A stretch of 64,000 nucleotides of DNA, taken from NCBI GenBank assembly GCA_043228905.1, contig JBHGNT010000005.1:372001-436000 (forward strand). The letters run 5' to 3'. This stretch comes from Azolla caroliniana (Eukaryota > Plantae > Polypodiophyta). The position numbers and the translations under genes were made by a program. Positions 10,198 to 24,471 of the stretch are shown here, in pieces. Every line of letters begins with the position of its first letter. The first letter of the stretch is position 1. Below the pieces are notes generated by a model. That model was not told the origin of the DNA. It worked only from the letters and a program-made list of their open reading frames with translations, and searched no databases.

Positions 10198-13100
10198 ATG
10201 GACATGGAGAACTCTGTAGAGAACATGTATTTAAGTAGAGAGTCGATGAAGGATCAGAAGAATAAGAAGGAGAAGAAAGAGAAAGGATCGAAAAGGAAAG
10301 CTGGAGAATCTCCATTAGGTTCTAAGAAGAAAGCTTCTAAGGTTTCTAAGGTGGAAGCAGAAGAAGGGCAGAGTGAGAGGGAGAGCGAAGAAGGGAGTGA
10401 GATTGTTAACAATCCCTATTTAGTGAGCAATTTCAGAATCTCAGAAGGACTGAAGCAGAAGTTAAAAGCGAAAGGAATAGAAGCTCTCTTCCCTATTCAA
10501 GCTCTCACTTTTGATGGAATCTTTGAAGGAAATGATCTCGTTGGCCGAGCTCGCACTGGCCAGGTACTTGTTTTTCTCATCGAACGCCTATGAGTTCTCC
10601 TATTTCTCTCAACTGCGCACACACTTTCTTTATTTCTCTAAAATGCCTCTAAGCTGTCGTGATTTCCTCTAAATGCCCCTCGTCACCCCCCTTAAAGAGA
10701 GAGGAAGGACATCGTCGATTGGCCATATAATTGATCAAATAGCATGTATAATTTCTTGAGAGTTGTTGACCGAGGGCATTTGAGGAAATGGCAAAAGTCT
10801 AGAGGCATTCGATGGAATATAGAAAAAATTGTGTATTTCCAGGTTTTGTTCATTATATTTTCCAAATCTATATTTGTAGCTCATTATTTAAGAATCGGTT
10901 AAATACTTCTTTTTTCTGCATTCGCTTACATTTGTTGGCCTTTACCTATCATAAAGCTTCTTGTGTGATTTTGCCTGAAAGATATTTTTGTACGTAATAA
11001 ATGTTATTGTTAAATATATTCTCGTTTTGCATATATTAAAGAAATACTCTTCTTTGTTTCCATTTTCATATCCATTCATATATCGAAGAACTTACACTAT
11101 CTGTGTTGCCGTTACATACAAAAAATAGGATTTTACTGACCTTACGTACATGTGAGAGCTTTTCTGTATATTATTATTCACGTAACCATTGATTGCTTAA
11201 TTTCCAGATTTATATATTTGTAGCTCATTATCCATTGACGTTTCTACATATTGAATAGAGGTTTATCTGTTTACACATGATATGCATACATGGAGGTGTG
11301 AAATGATTGTTACTTGTATATGTTTGTTTTGTATACATTGGAAGCGGCATCGTTCAGTTCTGCCTCGTTTTTTGCTGCCATGATGACAATCATCTGTCTT
11401 TTTAATGTAAAGAAAGTCATTAATTAATTAGAACATATAGAAATCTAGACTGTTAAAGGTGAATCAAACAGCTACCCATCTGACAATGTGCAAAAGATAG
11501 CATTGCATTTATCAAAATGCCCAAGTGGCCTACTTGAAGTGATTTGAATTTACTGGTCTGTCAATGCAAAGTCCCACGTGATGCATTTCAACTTTGGGAT
11601 TTGGTGTGCACATCACGAATGAAGCAGATCTTCCTTATCCATAAAGTAGCGAATATATAGTGAATGATGAGTAGAAGAAGTTGATATATTATAGCATTAG
11701 GATAAAGTAGTTTTTTATTAAACTTGTAGCTGGATACGGTTTCTTCACCCAATCATATAGTTCGTAGTGAGGCCAAGTTCATACCTTTTGGGCATGTAAC
11801 CAGTGTGCTTTGTGCATATTAGAAATGATCAAGATGTAAAACATCACTGAGGCAGACTGTCAAAATTATTCATAGGGTATTAGAGAATAACACAAATGGA
11901 GCTAGTCTTTATATAACGAAGAACCCCAAGTTTTGCATTCAGGTGGCAATGCCTACTTAAATAAACTCTAGTAATGTAGTTGAATATCTTGTTGACACTG
12001 TTATTGAATCATAGAGTAACCACTTGCTCAAGGTATTTTCCTTATCATGCATGTATTAATAAGGCAATTCCGTCATATAAGAGCTTCACTATGTCGTCTG
12101 AATATGGATTTGCTATTTTGGCCAACCGATCAGAACTTGATGATGTGAGATAATTACAGGGAAAAACTTTGGCGTTTGTCCTTCCTATCCTTCAATCGCT
12201 TAGTTTAAATGAGAGCTTCAAGTCTACCAACAAGCAGTATGGCAAAGCTCCCAGTGTCCTTGTGCTTGTCCCAACACGAGAGCTTGCTAAACAGGTACAA
12301 ATTACTAGCTACTTTCATCTATTTTGATAGATTGTGTTTGGCCAACAGTAGATGGAAGTTATGTATATAGCTAACTTAGCAACCATTGAAGTAGGTAATT
12401 GTTCATTCAAAACAGTTTGCTTTTGTAGGTGCATGCAGATTTCGAGTATTATGGAGGTGCATTTGGTCTTAGCACAGTTTGTGTATATGGTGGTGCACCT
12501 TATGGGCCACAACAGAGTGCGATGCGTAAAGGTGTTGATGTGGTCGTAGGCACTCCAGGTCGTGTCAAGGTGACTATAATGAATGAAGTCACATTTAGAA
12601 ATAGTGTTAACACACAAAATTGACCAACTAAAGACTGCTGTTTTGTGTGGTGTAGGATCATCTGGAAAGGGGTAGCTTGAATTTGAAATCTTTGAAATTT
12701 CGAGTTCTGGATGAGGCTGATGAAATGCTTAACATGGGTTTTGTCGATGATGTTGAAACTATTCTTGGTAAGGACCCAAGATATACTTCTACTTAAGTGA
12801 TGAGAGATGTATCTTTATGGATATTTGGCTGTGTAATGCTGATATTGAGACGTATGAGATTCCAGTAGAATATCTGCATGAAAGTATTCTATTGTTTTGA
12901 TGTGGGTATGCATGTATTATTCTAACAAGGCACGTGACGCCATTTTTGAAATCAGTCTTACCATTCTGTTTATATCTACTTTGTGGCTATATGAACTTAT
13001 CATTCAAATGCAGGGTCTATCCTATCAATCATCCTTTGACTCTCTTGTTTTCATTGCTTTATAGGTTATGGTGAAGATGTCACTAAGGTTCAAACATTAT

Positions 13101-16100
13101 TATTCAGTGCAACAATGCCTGATTGGGTGAAAAATGTAAGTTTGCATAATATGCACGGATTTGCTTGAATAAGGGTTTTTGTTACTTAAGTATTTCTTGA
13201 TTAGTTTCTCTTGTAACATTGCTGTGACTAGTTTTTGGTGTTACCTTCTACAAGTATCTTTTGATAATATTTGATGGAGTTTCTGGAATAAAGCTTTTCA
13301 TGCTACTTCTATAAATATGTTTTGATCAGTGTCTCATGTTATTTCGAGATGTATGTTGTGATTATTTTTTCATGCTACCTTTGATAATTGTCTTTTGATT
13401 AATCTTTCAGATTGCATCAAGGTTCTTTAAAACTTCAAAGGAAACTGTGGATTTGGTTGGGGATGAAAAAATGAAAGCAAGTTCAAGTGTTCGACACCTT
13501 CTACTCCGATGTATGAGATCAGCTCGGTCTCAAGTTATTCCTGATATCATAACATGCTACAGCAAGTATGTATTCTTTATTGCTCATAAATTAGCTTGTT
13601 CTTAAATATCCCTACTTGGGTGATAATGATTTTGTATGATAGCGGTGGTCGCACTATCATTTTCACCGAGACAAAAAATGATGCTTCTGAGCTCGCAGGC
13701 TTATTGCCTAATGTGTCTCGTGCGTTGCATGGAGATATTGCACAAGCACAGCGTGAGGTAATTATATATATAACTTGCTTCTGCCTTTTCAAGTCACTCT
13801 GCTTTGGCTTTCTTCTAAGAAGCCTTTCTTTTCAGGTTACTCTTTCTGGGTTTCGTTCTGGAAAGTTTTCAGTGCTTGTGGCAACAGATGTGGCTGCCCG
13901 TGGTCTCGACATTAATGATGTGCAACTTGTCATTCAGGTAACTTTTATATCTAAATTCCATTTATTTGACATATATTAATGAAGTGAAACATGTGAAGAA
14001 ATGCAACCTTTTCAATGAGGTAAATGTTGTAGCTGCCTCATGTTAAAATAAATATACGGATTCTGTTGACTTGAGTGTATGTCTCATCACAGTGTGAACC
14101 ACCAAGGGATGTTGAGACTTATATTCATCGTTCTGGCCGAACAGGAAGAGCAGGTAATGTTCCTGACATATTTAATGAATGAAGTCAACTCTTATGCTAG
14201 ATTAGAGTGACCTATATGCCTCTCAACCATGTGGATTAGGTAACTGCATTCTTAAATATTAGTGGGAGATCATGAACTGTGTGACATTTAAATGAAAGCG
14301 AATTTATGCTAGTTTAGATTGATTTTGTGTAATGTAATCCTAACAAGGCGTTCTTAGAAAGACAAACCCCTTCTTATTTCTACTTGGTTATGAGGGATTG
14401 TGTTAAATCGGAATGAAGTTCATTCTTATGCTATCTTAAGTTGGCTTTTGTGTGTGCTGATTTTGAACATCTCTCTCCTCTCTCTCTGCCCCCCCCTGCC
14501 CCTTCCCCCAAGCGAGGCCCAGACCTTCTCTATTATGGATGGAAAGTTCATAAGTTATGTTAACTTGGAATGAAGTTGATTCCTATTCTAGCTTCGGTCA
14601 ACTTTTTAGTACACGAAATCATAACAAGTTGGAATGCAATCTTCGTGGCAAGCACGTTATTCTTGTAGTACCACTAGAAGATCATGAATTGTGTTCAATT
14701 GTTCTATGTACAGGTAAAACTGGTATCTCTGTGCTCTGTTTCGATCGTTCAAAAGAATATATTATACCCAAGATTGAGAACAAGGCTGGTTTCAAATTTG
14801 AGAATATATCTGCACCACATCCTAGTGACCTTGCTAAATCATCTTGTGCAAGTGCTATTGAGAAAGTGATGGAGGTCTCAGACAGGTAAGGCTTCATTCT
14901 CATATTCGTTCTTCATGTAATGTGTAATTGATTTATAATTAGCATGGTTCATGTCTGTTTGAAGTCAAATGGAATAATAATTCTCAAGTTCTTCCTTGTT
15001 CAGTTTGCTCCCCATATTCCGAGCTGCAGCAGATGAGCTATTGCAAAGGAGTGATCTCTCTCCTTCAGATCTCTTGGCCAAAGCACTTGCCCGAATTGAG
15101 GTTTGTATCCATGTACTTTATTAACTCGAATCTGTGCATAATTTGCTTAACTTCCAGTTGGAAGAAACTGGAGCAAAAGTGATTGGACATAAATAAATTT
15201 CTACGAGATTCCTAGAAAAAGGGTGACATTCTCTCATAATATTGTATCATTTCATGCATCAAAGTAAAACTTAGCTTATTGGCACAGGAATATTTCTCGA
15301 ATACTCAGAAATATCAGAGTAAGTGTTCATATTTTATGATTGAAAGGAGTTAATAGTTTCTCTATGATATTTTACCAGGGCCATACTGATGTAAAGAAAC
15401 GATCATTATTAACGAGTCATACCGGTTTTGTCACTGTCAAACTTCAGTCTGGCAAGCCCTTCTATACACCAACGTATGGACAACAATGCTCTCATCATAT
15501 AAAAATATTCCTGAATGACTGATGAATTTAATAATTATCTTAGCATATGATGACCCTACTCTTCTTCTAATGGTGGACATTGTTCTATAGATATGCTTTC
15601 AATTGTTTGAAGAGATTTCTACCAGAGGATACTGTTGAGAAGGTAAATGCAATGTCGATAACAGCCGATGGGTTAGGTGCTGTCTTCGATGTTCCATCTG
15701 ATTTGCTTAAGACGTTTCTTGCGGGTATATATTCTTGAACTCTCAAATCACTCTTGGCATTTATCATCTAAATCCTATTTCTTTGTCTCTCTTTCACAAT
15801 CATAATCGTTTTTAGTTACTCTTGAAATGTAATATTTAAAATCTGTCTTTGTAAGGTATTGATATTGTTTTCTTTGTTAAGAATTTTGGGTCTCAAGTTG
15901 TCAACTGTTAGTACTTGAATTTTATTGGAAAACTTGGAACCTATCGTATAGCTATTTTTGTAAAGTATAGTCTTTTATTTTTGGATCTCTTCCTCTGCAT
16001 AGGCTTCGGATTTATCATCCAAATCCTATTTCTTTGCCATCATAATCGTTTTTTGTGACACTTGAAATGTAATAGCTGAAATCTTTCTTTTGTAAGGTAT

Positions 16101-16931
16101 TGATATTGATTTCTTCATTAAGAATTTTTGGGTCTCAAGTTCTAAACTATTAGTGTGCTTAAATTTATTGGAAATCTTGGAATGTATGGTATAAACATTT
16201 TTTGTAAAGAATGGTCTTTTTACTTTTGGATTTCTTCCTGGGCATATTCAATACTTCTGGAATTTTCATTAATCGTCTGTTTTCAGCTGAATCAAATGGA
16301 TCAGAGGATGGCCTTAACATAACCCAGCTTGAGAGTCTTCCCGAACTTCAAGCTCGACCTGAACGAAGTAGTTTTAATGGAAGAGGGTTAGCTCCTGACT
16401 TTGTGGATAAGTTTTTCTGAACACTAAATTTTTATTGCCATTTGTAGCCTAAAGGGGGGAAGTGCGGAATTAGACATGAGACAGCATGGGAAAAAATAGG
16501 GATCTCTTTATCACCGTCTGTTTTATTTGTTTGGGAAAGTGTGGAATTAGACATGAGACAGCATGGGAAAAAATAGGGATCTCTTTATTACCGTCTGTTT
16601 TATTTGTTTTCAAGAATTTGGAAATTTTTGGCCTTATTTTGATGACCAGTTCTTTTGAAAGATTTACTTTGTAAATTCGTAAGGTTCACATCAAATCCAG
16701 CATAGAAGGCAAATGAAGAATAGGCATGAATAGTTTTTCTTTTTTGTAAAATAAGCAAAATGCTAAATTCTATTGACTTTATGGTGCAGAGGTGGTTATG
16801 GGGGAGCTAGAGGTAATGGAAATGGTCGTCCTGCTCGTTTTGGCCGGGGAGGTGGTGTTGGAAGTGGTGGTGGACGAGGTGGTTTCGGTAGAGGCCGTAG
16901 AGGCCGTGGTGGCTCTAGAAGAGGTCATTAA
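10198..16931 (+). CDS. RH7: DEAD-box ATP-dependent RNA helicase 7 (RH7/PRH75, DDX21-like), 15 exons
   Basis: Lys-rich N-terminus, Q motif [54 protein letters not shown]-like region and RGG tail. Exons: 10198-10563, 12160-12294, 12429-12569, 12656-12767, 13065-13135, 13411-13565, 13643-13757, 13836-13937, 14093-14153, 14714-14885, 15004-15100, 15379-15473, 15591-15724, 16287-16386, 16790-16931; all GT-AG. Confidence 0.93.
15760..16240. repeat. Intronic tandem duplication of about 250 bp (two diverged copies)
   Basis: atcatc(t/c)aaatcctatttcttt...cataatcgttttt...gtaaggtattgatattg...gggtctcaagtt...ttattggaaa occurs from about 15763 and again from about 16014. Confidence 0.85.
16457..16610. repeat. 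Intronic tandem duplication of about 77 bp
   Basis: aagtg(c/t)ggaattagacatgagacagcatgggaaaaaatagggatctctttat(c/t)accgtctgttttatttgttt twice, nearly identical. Confidence 0.92.
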
Positions 16932-19900
16932 AATGCTAAATCTTTCTTGTATTTATGCCAATCTCGTTAACAATGATCAGGAATAATGTTTTTAATAACT
17001 AAAGGTGTAGTGGAATTCAGTTGCTCTAGAATTTTTGCTCAAATTTTTGCTCCAGTAAACACAATCAGGTATTTTATATATGGATTCATTTGGCTTTGAC
17101 AAATTGGAGTCATTGGCAGATGGTCTATGTTGAGATCATTTTACAAAGCATATTGACTTTATTTATACATCTCAAAGATGGATGGATTATTATTTTCTTC
17201 TAAGCAGTTAGCAGTTATTGTTGTACAATACTATTTTATAATTAATATTTATTATGCAAGAAAATTTTGTTTTCTGGGATCGTTGATTGGAAAACTATTG
17301 CCTAAATTTGTTGGTAAAAGGATAAATTTCTTTTTTAGGAGAAAGAGAGGATCTTTAATAAAAAAGAAGAAATGGAGAGCACACTGACTGATTGTACTGA
17401 ATTTGTGAGCATTTTTGCTGTCGTTGGTTGTGAAATACTAACTTTGAATCTTAAAGTTGATTGTTAAACCTTGAAATTGATAGCACCTGGGAGTGTAGAT
17501 TGTGGTAAAAGAATATGTTATGGATCATGGTGAGATTTTCTGGCAAGCGTAGTCATTATGATCTACGTTGGATGCAATTGTTGGAAGCCAATATGGGGTG
17601 GGGTCTTCTCATCTCAAATATCGGTACACAACCCTGTTCATGTCTATGAATCTTGTAATTAATAAATTTACTAATGATAGCTATTGCAATTGGGAGTGCG
17701 GATTATGATGGGGCTTGGGGATGTGAATATTTGAATGGCATAATTAATTTGATCAAAGTTCATTGGGGGTATTTTAAACTAGGTTTTTTTGAGTTTTAAG
17801 TAATGTATGAAAGGGAAATCTTGACATCGAGAAAGACCAGAGTAGATGATAAGTTTTGCCTTTTTGGATTTTCTGTAGGTAATGTTATATCGGGTAGGCA
17901 CATGTTTAACATTGTTGTCAATGTTATAATGATTTCCTGGGAAGTAGGAAATTATTGTGAGCCGTGTCCCTACAATGTTGTAAAAGCCTGTTAAAATTAT
18001 GCTCCATGTCCTTAAATGTTCACCGTTTCAAAGATGAAGTCACATGTTTCCTTTTATAATTTTGTTAAGGCAAGTTTAGTCTTCTATCCTCTTTTTTTCC
18101 ACAACATTCAACATTCTATAGACAAGGGGTACTTGGGTGTAAGCATGGGTAGGGCAGTTGCCTTGGGTGATACTATTGTATACACCAACATTCAATATGT
18201 GTGAAACAGCAATAGTACTTGGACTAAGGTCCATACTTGAATGTTCCCCAATTTTGCATGTGAAAATGGCGTGCCTTGGTGTGATGTGAATGTAAGCCAT
18301 TACTTGAAAACATGTGTATTGGAATGAAATTTGTAAGTGATGGATTGATTGAGAATACATCACATATTCAGCTTGCAAACAAAATCATGATGGTGATCTT
18401 AGAAAGGTGACCAAATTCAAAACCAATTTATGTGGGGGAGCTTAGTTGACCTAATGAATTGAATGGCATAATGGATTAGTCTTGGCATATATCCTATTGG
18501 TAATATGTACATAATATGAAAGTCAACTTCTGATACATGTTATCAAGGTCCTATTAATGCTTTGTAGAGTTTGTCATAATTTGAGATCATTGTAGAGAAA
18601 ATTGTTATAAGAAAATCATTAAGCATAGCAAAATTGTATCAATGTGTATGGTACTATAATACAAGACATATCCTAATGACCCCTTGGCTTTACCTCATGA
18701 TAGGTTATCTAGAAGATATCCTAATGTGTAGAGACAATTATTTAGTTGAACTACGAAAGATGTAGGTTTGAACTTGCATATATGTTTTTTGATAATTCCA
18801 ATGAATACTATATTATAATACTCAATTCCAATAAAGGTACATTTCTTTTCATTACTTTACATGCTGTATTTTGGGAGATGACACACTTTTTGGTATCGAG
18901 TTAATGGTTTGAAGTTGAATGAAATTGAAGTTTATTCTACTATTAAATATTAAGGACAAACTAGCATATTTCTATTTGAAGGAGTTGGTGGATAAGTTGA
19001 GCTCTTATATGCACATTTATATTTATATGTAGGCATCGAGTCTTTCTCTCATCTCTATGCATAAAGCATATGTTATGTAGGGTCCCGATAACTAATCAAA
19101 CACTTTAAGAAGCTTTCACAATCATGCAAAAATTATTGAAGACCTTATGATTTTTGCAAAAGTTGGAAGCCATAATTGTTTCAACATGTGTCATATACAT
19201 CTTAAACCTTTCACCCATATTGTTTGCAACACATCCAATTTAAATGTCAATGCAACCTTATGACATTTATATTTCACATTGCACCTCGAATTTCTTTAAT
19301 AGCTTGTAATTTGTGGCACGAAATTTCTCCTACCTTTTATAGCTATCTCTTAACTACTTCATTTGTCTTTAGTAATAGTGCATCAACAAATGATAGTGCC
19401 TTTACACAATGCCACACCTTCAATTATCCGACGTTCCAATCATCATGATAAAAATCTCACAGGGCTTGTTAAGTGGTTAGTATTTGGGATGTTAAGTGGT
19501 TAGTATGTTCCTCAACATTCTTTTGGTTATATGTAAATGTGCACTACATGCCAAAGCGGAATGTTGAGTATGTTCCTCTACATTGTTTTGGTTATTTGTA
19601 AATGTGCACATTTTGGGCTCTACATGCCAGTGGCAAAAACCCTTATTCTTAGGTTTTGTTTGGCATTCCCTTGGTGGTCCATCACTCCATCTTTATATAA
19701 TGACTCTTCTATTAATGGTCAATGACTAGAACATGTTTAATGATGTAGGTGTGACCATTGTGTTGTGAACACCATAATAACTAACTTACTTACATGAGGG
19801 GTATTGTATAAGTGTCATGAGGGGTGCTATTAAGCTCAATGGTTGGTACATGGATCACATTCTTTTTTGGAAAAAGTAAAAGAAAAAAGCCTAAGCATCT

Positions 19901-20900
19901 TTAAATAGTAGCTTAATGATAGTATTTGAACTACTCTTGTGTTCAAGCATGTAAAGTTTACATAAGGGATTCTTAAGTTTTAGACTGTGCAATTCCAAAA
20001 AATACAACAAAATGTATATCAATTACTGTTTTAAATGAATAATTGATTAGCAGCTGAAGTTTGTATTCTAGTCTTCTAAATTTGTGCCATTTGCCACGTT
20101 GATTAGAGTTTACATATTGGTATGGATGAATGCATTGTAATGGAATCTTATTATGTAACCATATATGGAGTTGAGCCAAAACAAGAATCTAAGTGTGATA
20201 TTGAGTCTACACATGTATTATTATTATTTTGCCAAAAAACATGCACGTGTAATGCGTAGTACATGACATTCATGTGATGTTGTTCGAAAGTAGAACAACT
20301 ATATCCTTGTGCAATCACATGGACATTTGAAACTAGAATATTTACAACTTGAGTGTTGGACATATGCTAAATTACAATTTGAGTGTTGGGTGTTATGAAT
20401 GGTCTTATATGCTGCAAATTCATAACACCAAACTTATTTATATACAATCCTCACCTTAAGTCCATGGGCATACATCCTTATTGATGCTAACATTATATCA
20501 AATTAGGCAATGTGAGTATTGTGAATAGATCATACAATTATTGACAAGGAAATGTGAAGAAACCTTTGGAAGCTAAACATTCTATAACCAAAACATTTGT
20601 GGAAGGCCCCAAGAAGTAACCATTATAAGGGCGATGTACTTATTTGCAAATTATCCCTTGAATGAAATTGTATGTGTTGGAAAGGGGACAATGTGGAATG
20701 TTTGGATGTGGTAATTCGATAAAAGATGGTTATATTCACTTTGATGTATTTTGATATGGATATTACCAATTTGTATGGTAAGAGAACCAAAGTATAGCAT
20801 GCGAAGGAGACAACATATCCTCGCTTTCATGTGTGGATGGATTTATGGCATGCACATATATTTGAATTTGGACACGTTTTTGTAGAGCTAGGATTGCGAT

Positions 20901-23262
20901 TCAATGTGTTCCACGCCATTCATTAATTGCGGATCTCAACGATAAATTCGAAATGAGATCTTTGTGAGTAAGTCTGAGATTGGTCATTGGTGAATTGTTA
21001 TGGTTCCGAAGCCAAGCCTTAATGGGATCACGTTCGTAAGTGAAGCCATCAGCTGCAATGCAAGGGTCCTCCATGATCTCCTGTGATAAGATATTATCAA
21101 AAAGATTACTTGGATCAAGTGTACCATCACTATATAAATAAAATATTTTAGTTCATTGGCAAGTAGAACAAAACCTGGGTAATTGGACATAAGAAGTAGC
21201 TTGGAACACTTTGTTCACTCCCATGTGGTGGTTGGGGGGAGATTTGGTTCTCATGAGCCATTATTTCACCCACAATAGCTTTGATCTTTTCCAATGTCTC
21301 CATCAATTTTTCCATCCAATCATCTTGATTCTTCACCCTCAATTCTACGAGTTCTAAACTTAAACAAGCAAGTTCCATGGCTTCGACAAGAGGCCATTCC
21401 CCTGCTGAGACATCTAGAATGTTGTTGAATTGGCCATTATCCAATGCTTCACCCACGAAACCAACAACTTGATTAGCCGGCAAGCCAGTCAAGAGCCGAA
21501 GCATTGCAATTCCGAGGGCATGTGCATCAGATTCATGATCTATCGAGGCTAGAGGCTCAACAGTTCCGATGTTTGATAATCGAGAAAATAATTTGGCTAT
21601 GCCGACATTGCCGATTTTGCTAACGAAGCTCTGGTCTAGGAAAATGTTCTTGAGGCTGAGATCGCCATGTGAAATTTTCTCAGGGAGAGAATGAAGGAAT
21701 AACAATGCGGTCGTGACTTCAAAGCAAATCCTGAATCTGACATACCATGGCAAAGGAGGAGCTCCACTTTTACGACTAAGATGGTGCTCAAGGTTACGAT
21801 TCGACATGTACTCGTACACAATGGAAGTGTTATTAGGGCAAGCACCCAACATCATCACAATGTGCGGGTGATGGATGCGGCTCAAGAGGCCTACCTAGAA
21901 GTTTCCATCAAAGACAACATCAAAGTGTTTCCCAAACTAACACCCACATTAAAACTTGTGCCTCCTTTTATTTACAATTTTTAATTAAGTGCAATTGACA
22001 TTGGAAACATTGATATGAGTGAAACCTTGGAAAGAATATTAATCTCTAAAATGTCCTCGGACAATATGCATGCTACTAGTCAATACAACGTCATCCTCAT
22101 CATCACATTGCATAGAAATAATGCAAAATTGAAATGTTGGAATGGAGTTTGTGAAATGCAGTCTTTGAGATACGCTAATCATGTCCAACTTGACATACTT
22201 ATTATAGGCACATTCTATAAGAGTAAGGAGTGAAGTCAGATTTTGGACCAAGAGTGAAAACTAGTGCATTCCCATGGTCTTGTACTACCCACGACAATCA
22301 AAGTGCAATGCCATGACCTTGACACTACTTTGCATAAATGCTATCCTAAACAATGGAAATCGAGAAAGATTTGGACCCCATCCGATGGGATATGATTGAA
22401 GTAAAACACATCAATTTTTGATCCTAGCATTGCTTACCTCGTTCCTGAAGGTGTCACGACCATCAGATCCATGCAGATCAAGGACCCGGATCACAACTGG
22501 GATGTGATGCAGTTCTCCTTTGTAAACAAACCCCCATTCATCAGTTTCGAGCCTTTGTGACACATGGAAGTTGTTGCTTGCCAAAACAATCTCTTGGGAG
22601 CTATACTCAAAGAAGTACTTCTCTTTACCCTTCTTTATGGCCTCTTCTTTCTCCAAATTGACCTTGAAAGCCTGTTGTTCCAATTCAATCCTTTGATTTC
22701 TCTCATTAGAAACCTTCTCCTCCTCCACTTGTCTGAGTCTGGACTCTGTCAAAGCTCTTACCTCGGCTTCTTTCCTTAATCGGACCTCTATTACAAGTTT
22801 TTCCTCTACCTCCTCTCTTCTTTGAGTCTCTCTTAAAGCTGTCTCTTCAGACCTGGATCTAAAAAAACGCTCCGTTTCTAGGGTTTCCTTGCATTCTTCA
22901 AGGGCACGGACAGCTTCCTCGCATCTCTCTTCTTGAAATGATAATTGTCGTTCTGCAAATTCTACCTCCACAATGTAACTTCCAAGCGTGGATCGAAGAT
23001 TGTCAAGAGAGATTTGAGTCTGTCGATGGCTGATTATCTCGTTGGATAGCTCTTTTTGAAGGGATTCGTGCTTTTTATTGAAAGCCTTCAACAATTGGAG
23101 GAAGAGAGAGAAGTGCAAGGTCCAGAAAAGGGAAGCAGAGATGGAGGTCTCATGATTACGCTTGTTGTGTGAGTTATGGTGGCTTGGGCATGGCATGAAT
23201 AAAGGATCAAACCAATAGTTATCAACAGAGCGTGCAGGATTTGGGCTCTCATTGGCCATCAT
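20901..23262 (-). CDS. Coiled coil-pseudokinase-U-box protein (PUB33/PUB35-like family), about 574 aa, no USP domain
   Basis: Exons 23262-22438, 21894-21175 and 21080-20901 join in frame with GT-AG introns. U-box VPSYFLCPITQ|EIMEDPCIAADGFTYERDPIKAWLRNHNNSPMTNLRL...NLSLRSAINEW. Kinase fold with degenerate catalytic motifs. The start codon is uncertain. Confidence 0.88.
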
Positions 23263-24471
23263 ATCAGGTCAAGGAAAGTGATCAGAATGAGGATGATGAA
23301 TGACCATGGCCATATGGCTTCTTTCAGAGAAAGGGTTGACATTTTCTCTAAGTGGTAGGATGTAATATGTACTAGTGAGAAGAAAAAAAATATAAAGTAA
23401 AGGTCTCATAATATTCTCTCCTTTTGCAAGGGATCATTCAATTATGTATTCAAATTAAAAGATTGGATTGTACCATCCATATGGTCTGGCAATAAAAAGT
23501 TCCACACCCAAAAAGATGTATGTAGTGAGTCAATCAAACCAACGTTAGGGGATCCAATCATCCATGCTGGGAACTTTATGATATAACCAAGGTTTCCCAT
23601 GGCTTTAAAAAGGTAATCTTTTTCCCTAGATTTATCCCAAACTTATGAACTTTCAATTTTGATCATGGCAAAGGTTTTGTTGCGCTTTCATATTACGAGA
23701 CTTTATACACCCCCGGCCCCTGTGGTTTAAACGTGGAAAAAAAACGAACTAGATCAAATACTTATGGGCCCCCAACACTTTGATGACGAGAGATCAAGTG
23801 TGCTGTTTTTGTATTGCGTCTACTTTGATGACGAGAGATCAAGGTTTCCGTGTTGATGGGCCTCTCTATGAATAAAATATGTACAAAAAATAATAATCGG
23901 GTCAAGAGGCTAGGAGCATTTGAATTCTATGTCAAATGAGTACAAGACTAGATTATCGTGGCACATTGGTGAAATGGTGATATCTTTCCACAAATCGTCT
24001 TATTTATGCTCTGTCTCTCCCCCCAACAAGTGATTATTCTCAACAACAAAACTTGGATGTGCTTTTTACATCCAATCCAAATGTTTATTTTCCTAGATAC
24101 AATTTTTTGCCTTTTCAATGATGTATTGCTTCCTCTACCTGCGAATGTGTCTACCCACTACTTGACAAGTGGAAAATCCATTTTATTCTATTGAATACAT
24201 GTATGAATATTCCTTGACAATCAGGTTCAAATATAAATATTTTCGTTGATAATAAGTTTTTATTGTTGGGGAATGTAATGGGTACTTGAGGTCAATCCCA
24301 CCAATTAAGGAATCCAAGTGGAAGTCAATCATAGGCTATACTTAAAAATGTACAACAATTACAATCCCTAAATAGAGATGAGAATGTTAGTCGTAAAAAA
24401 CATTACTTCACATTTTGGTAACCATGATTAACAAGGTGTACATGTTTCTTAGGAGTTGTTGCAACCCATGA

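Noticed and set aside
10564-12159. Box C-like (ATGATGA) and box D-like (CTGA) motifs in RH7 intron 1 suggesting intronic snoRNAs
   Set aside because: No convincing terminal stem or rRNA-complementary guide could be identified by eye; a snoRNA covariance search would be needed.
13556-13575. Apparent GC donor (gcaagt) in RH7
   Set aside because: A canonical GT donor at 13566 gives the correct frame (CYSNGGRT).
17400-20800. Long intergenic stretch with many short ORFs
   Set aside because: No coherent protein motif or element termini recognised; probably old TE debris.
23777-23843. Two 22-bp direct repeats separated by a spacer, superficially CRISPR-like
   Set aside because: Only two units in eukaryotic DNA with no cas genes.
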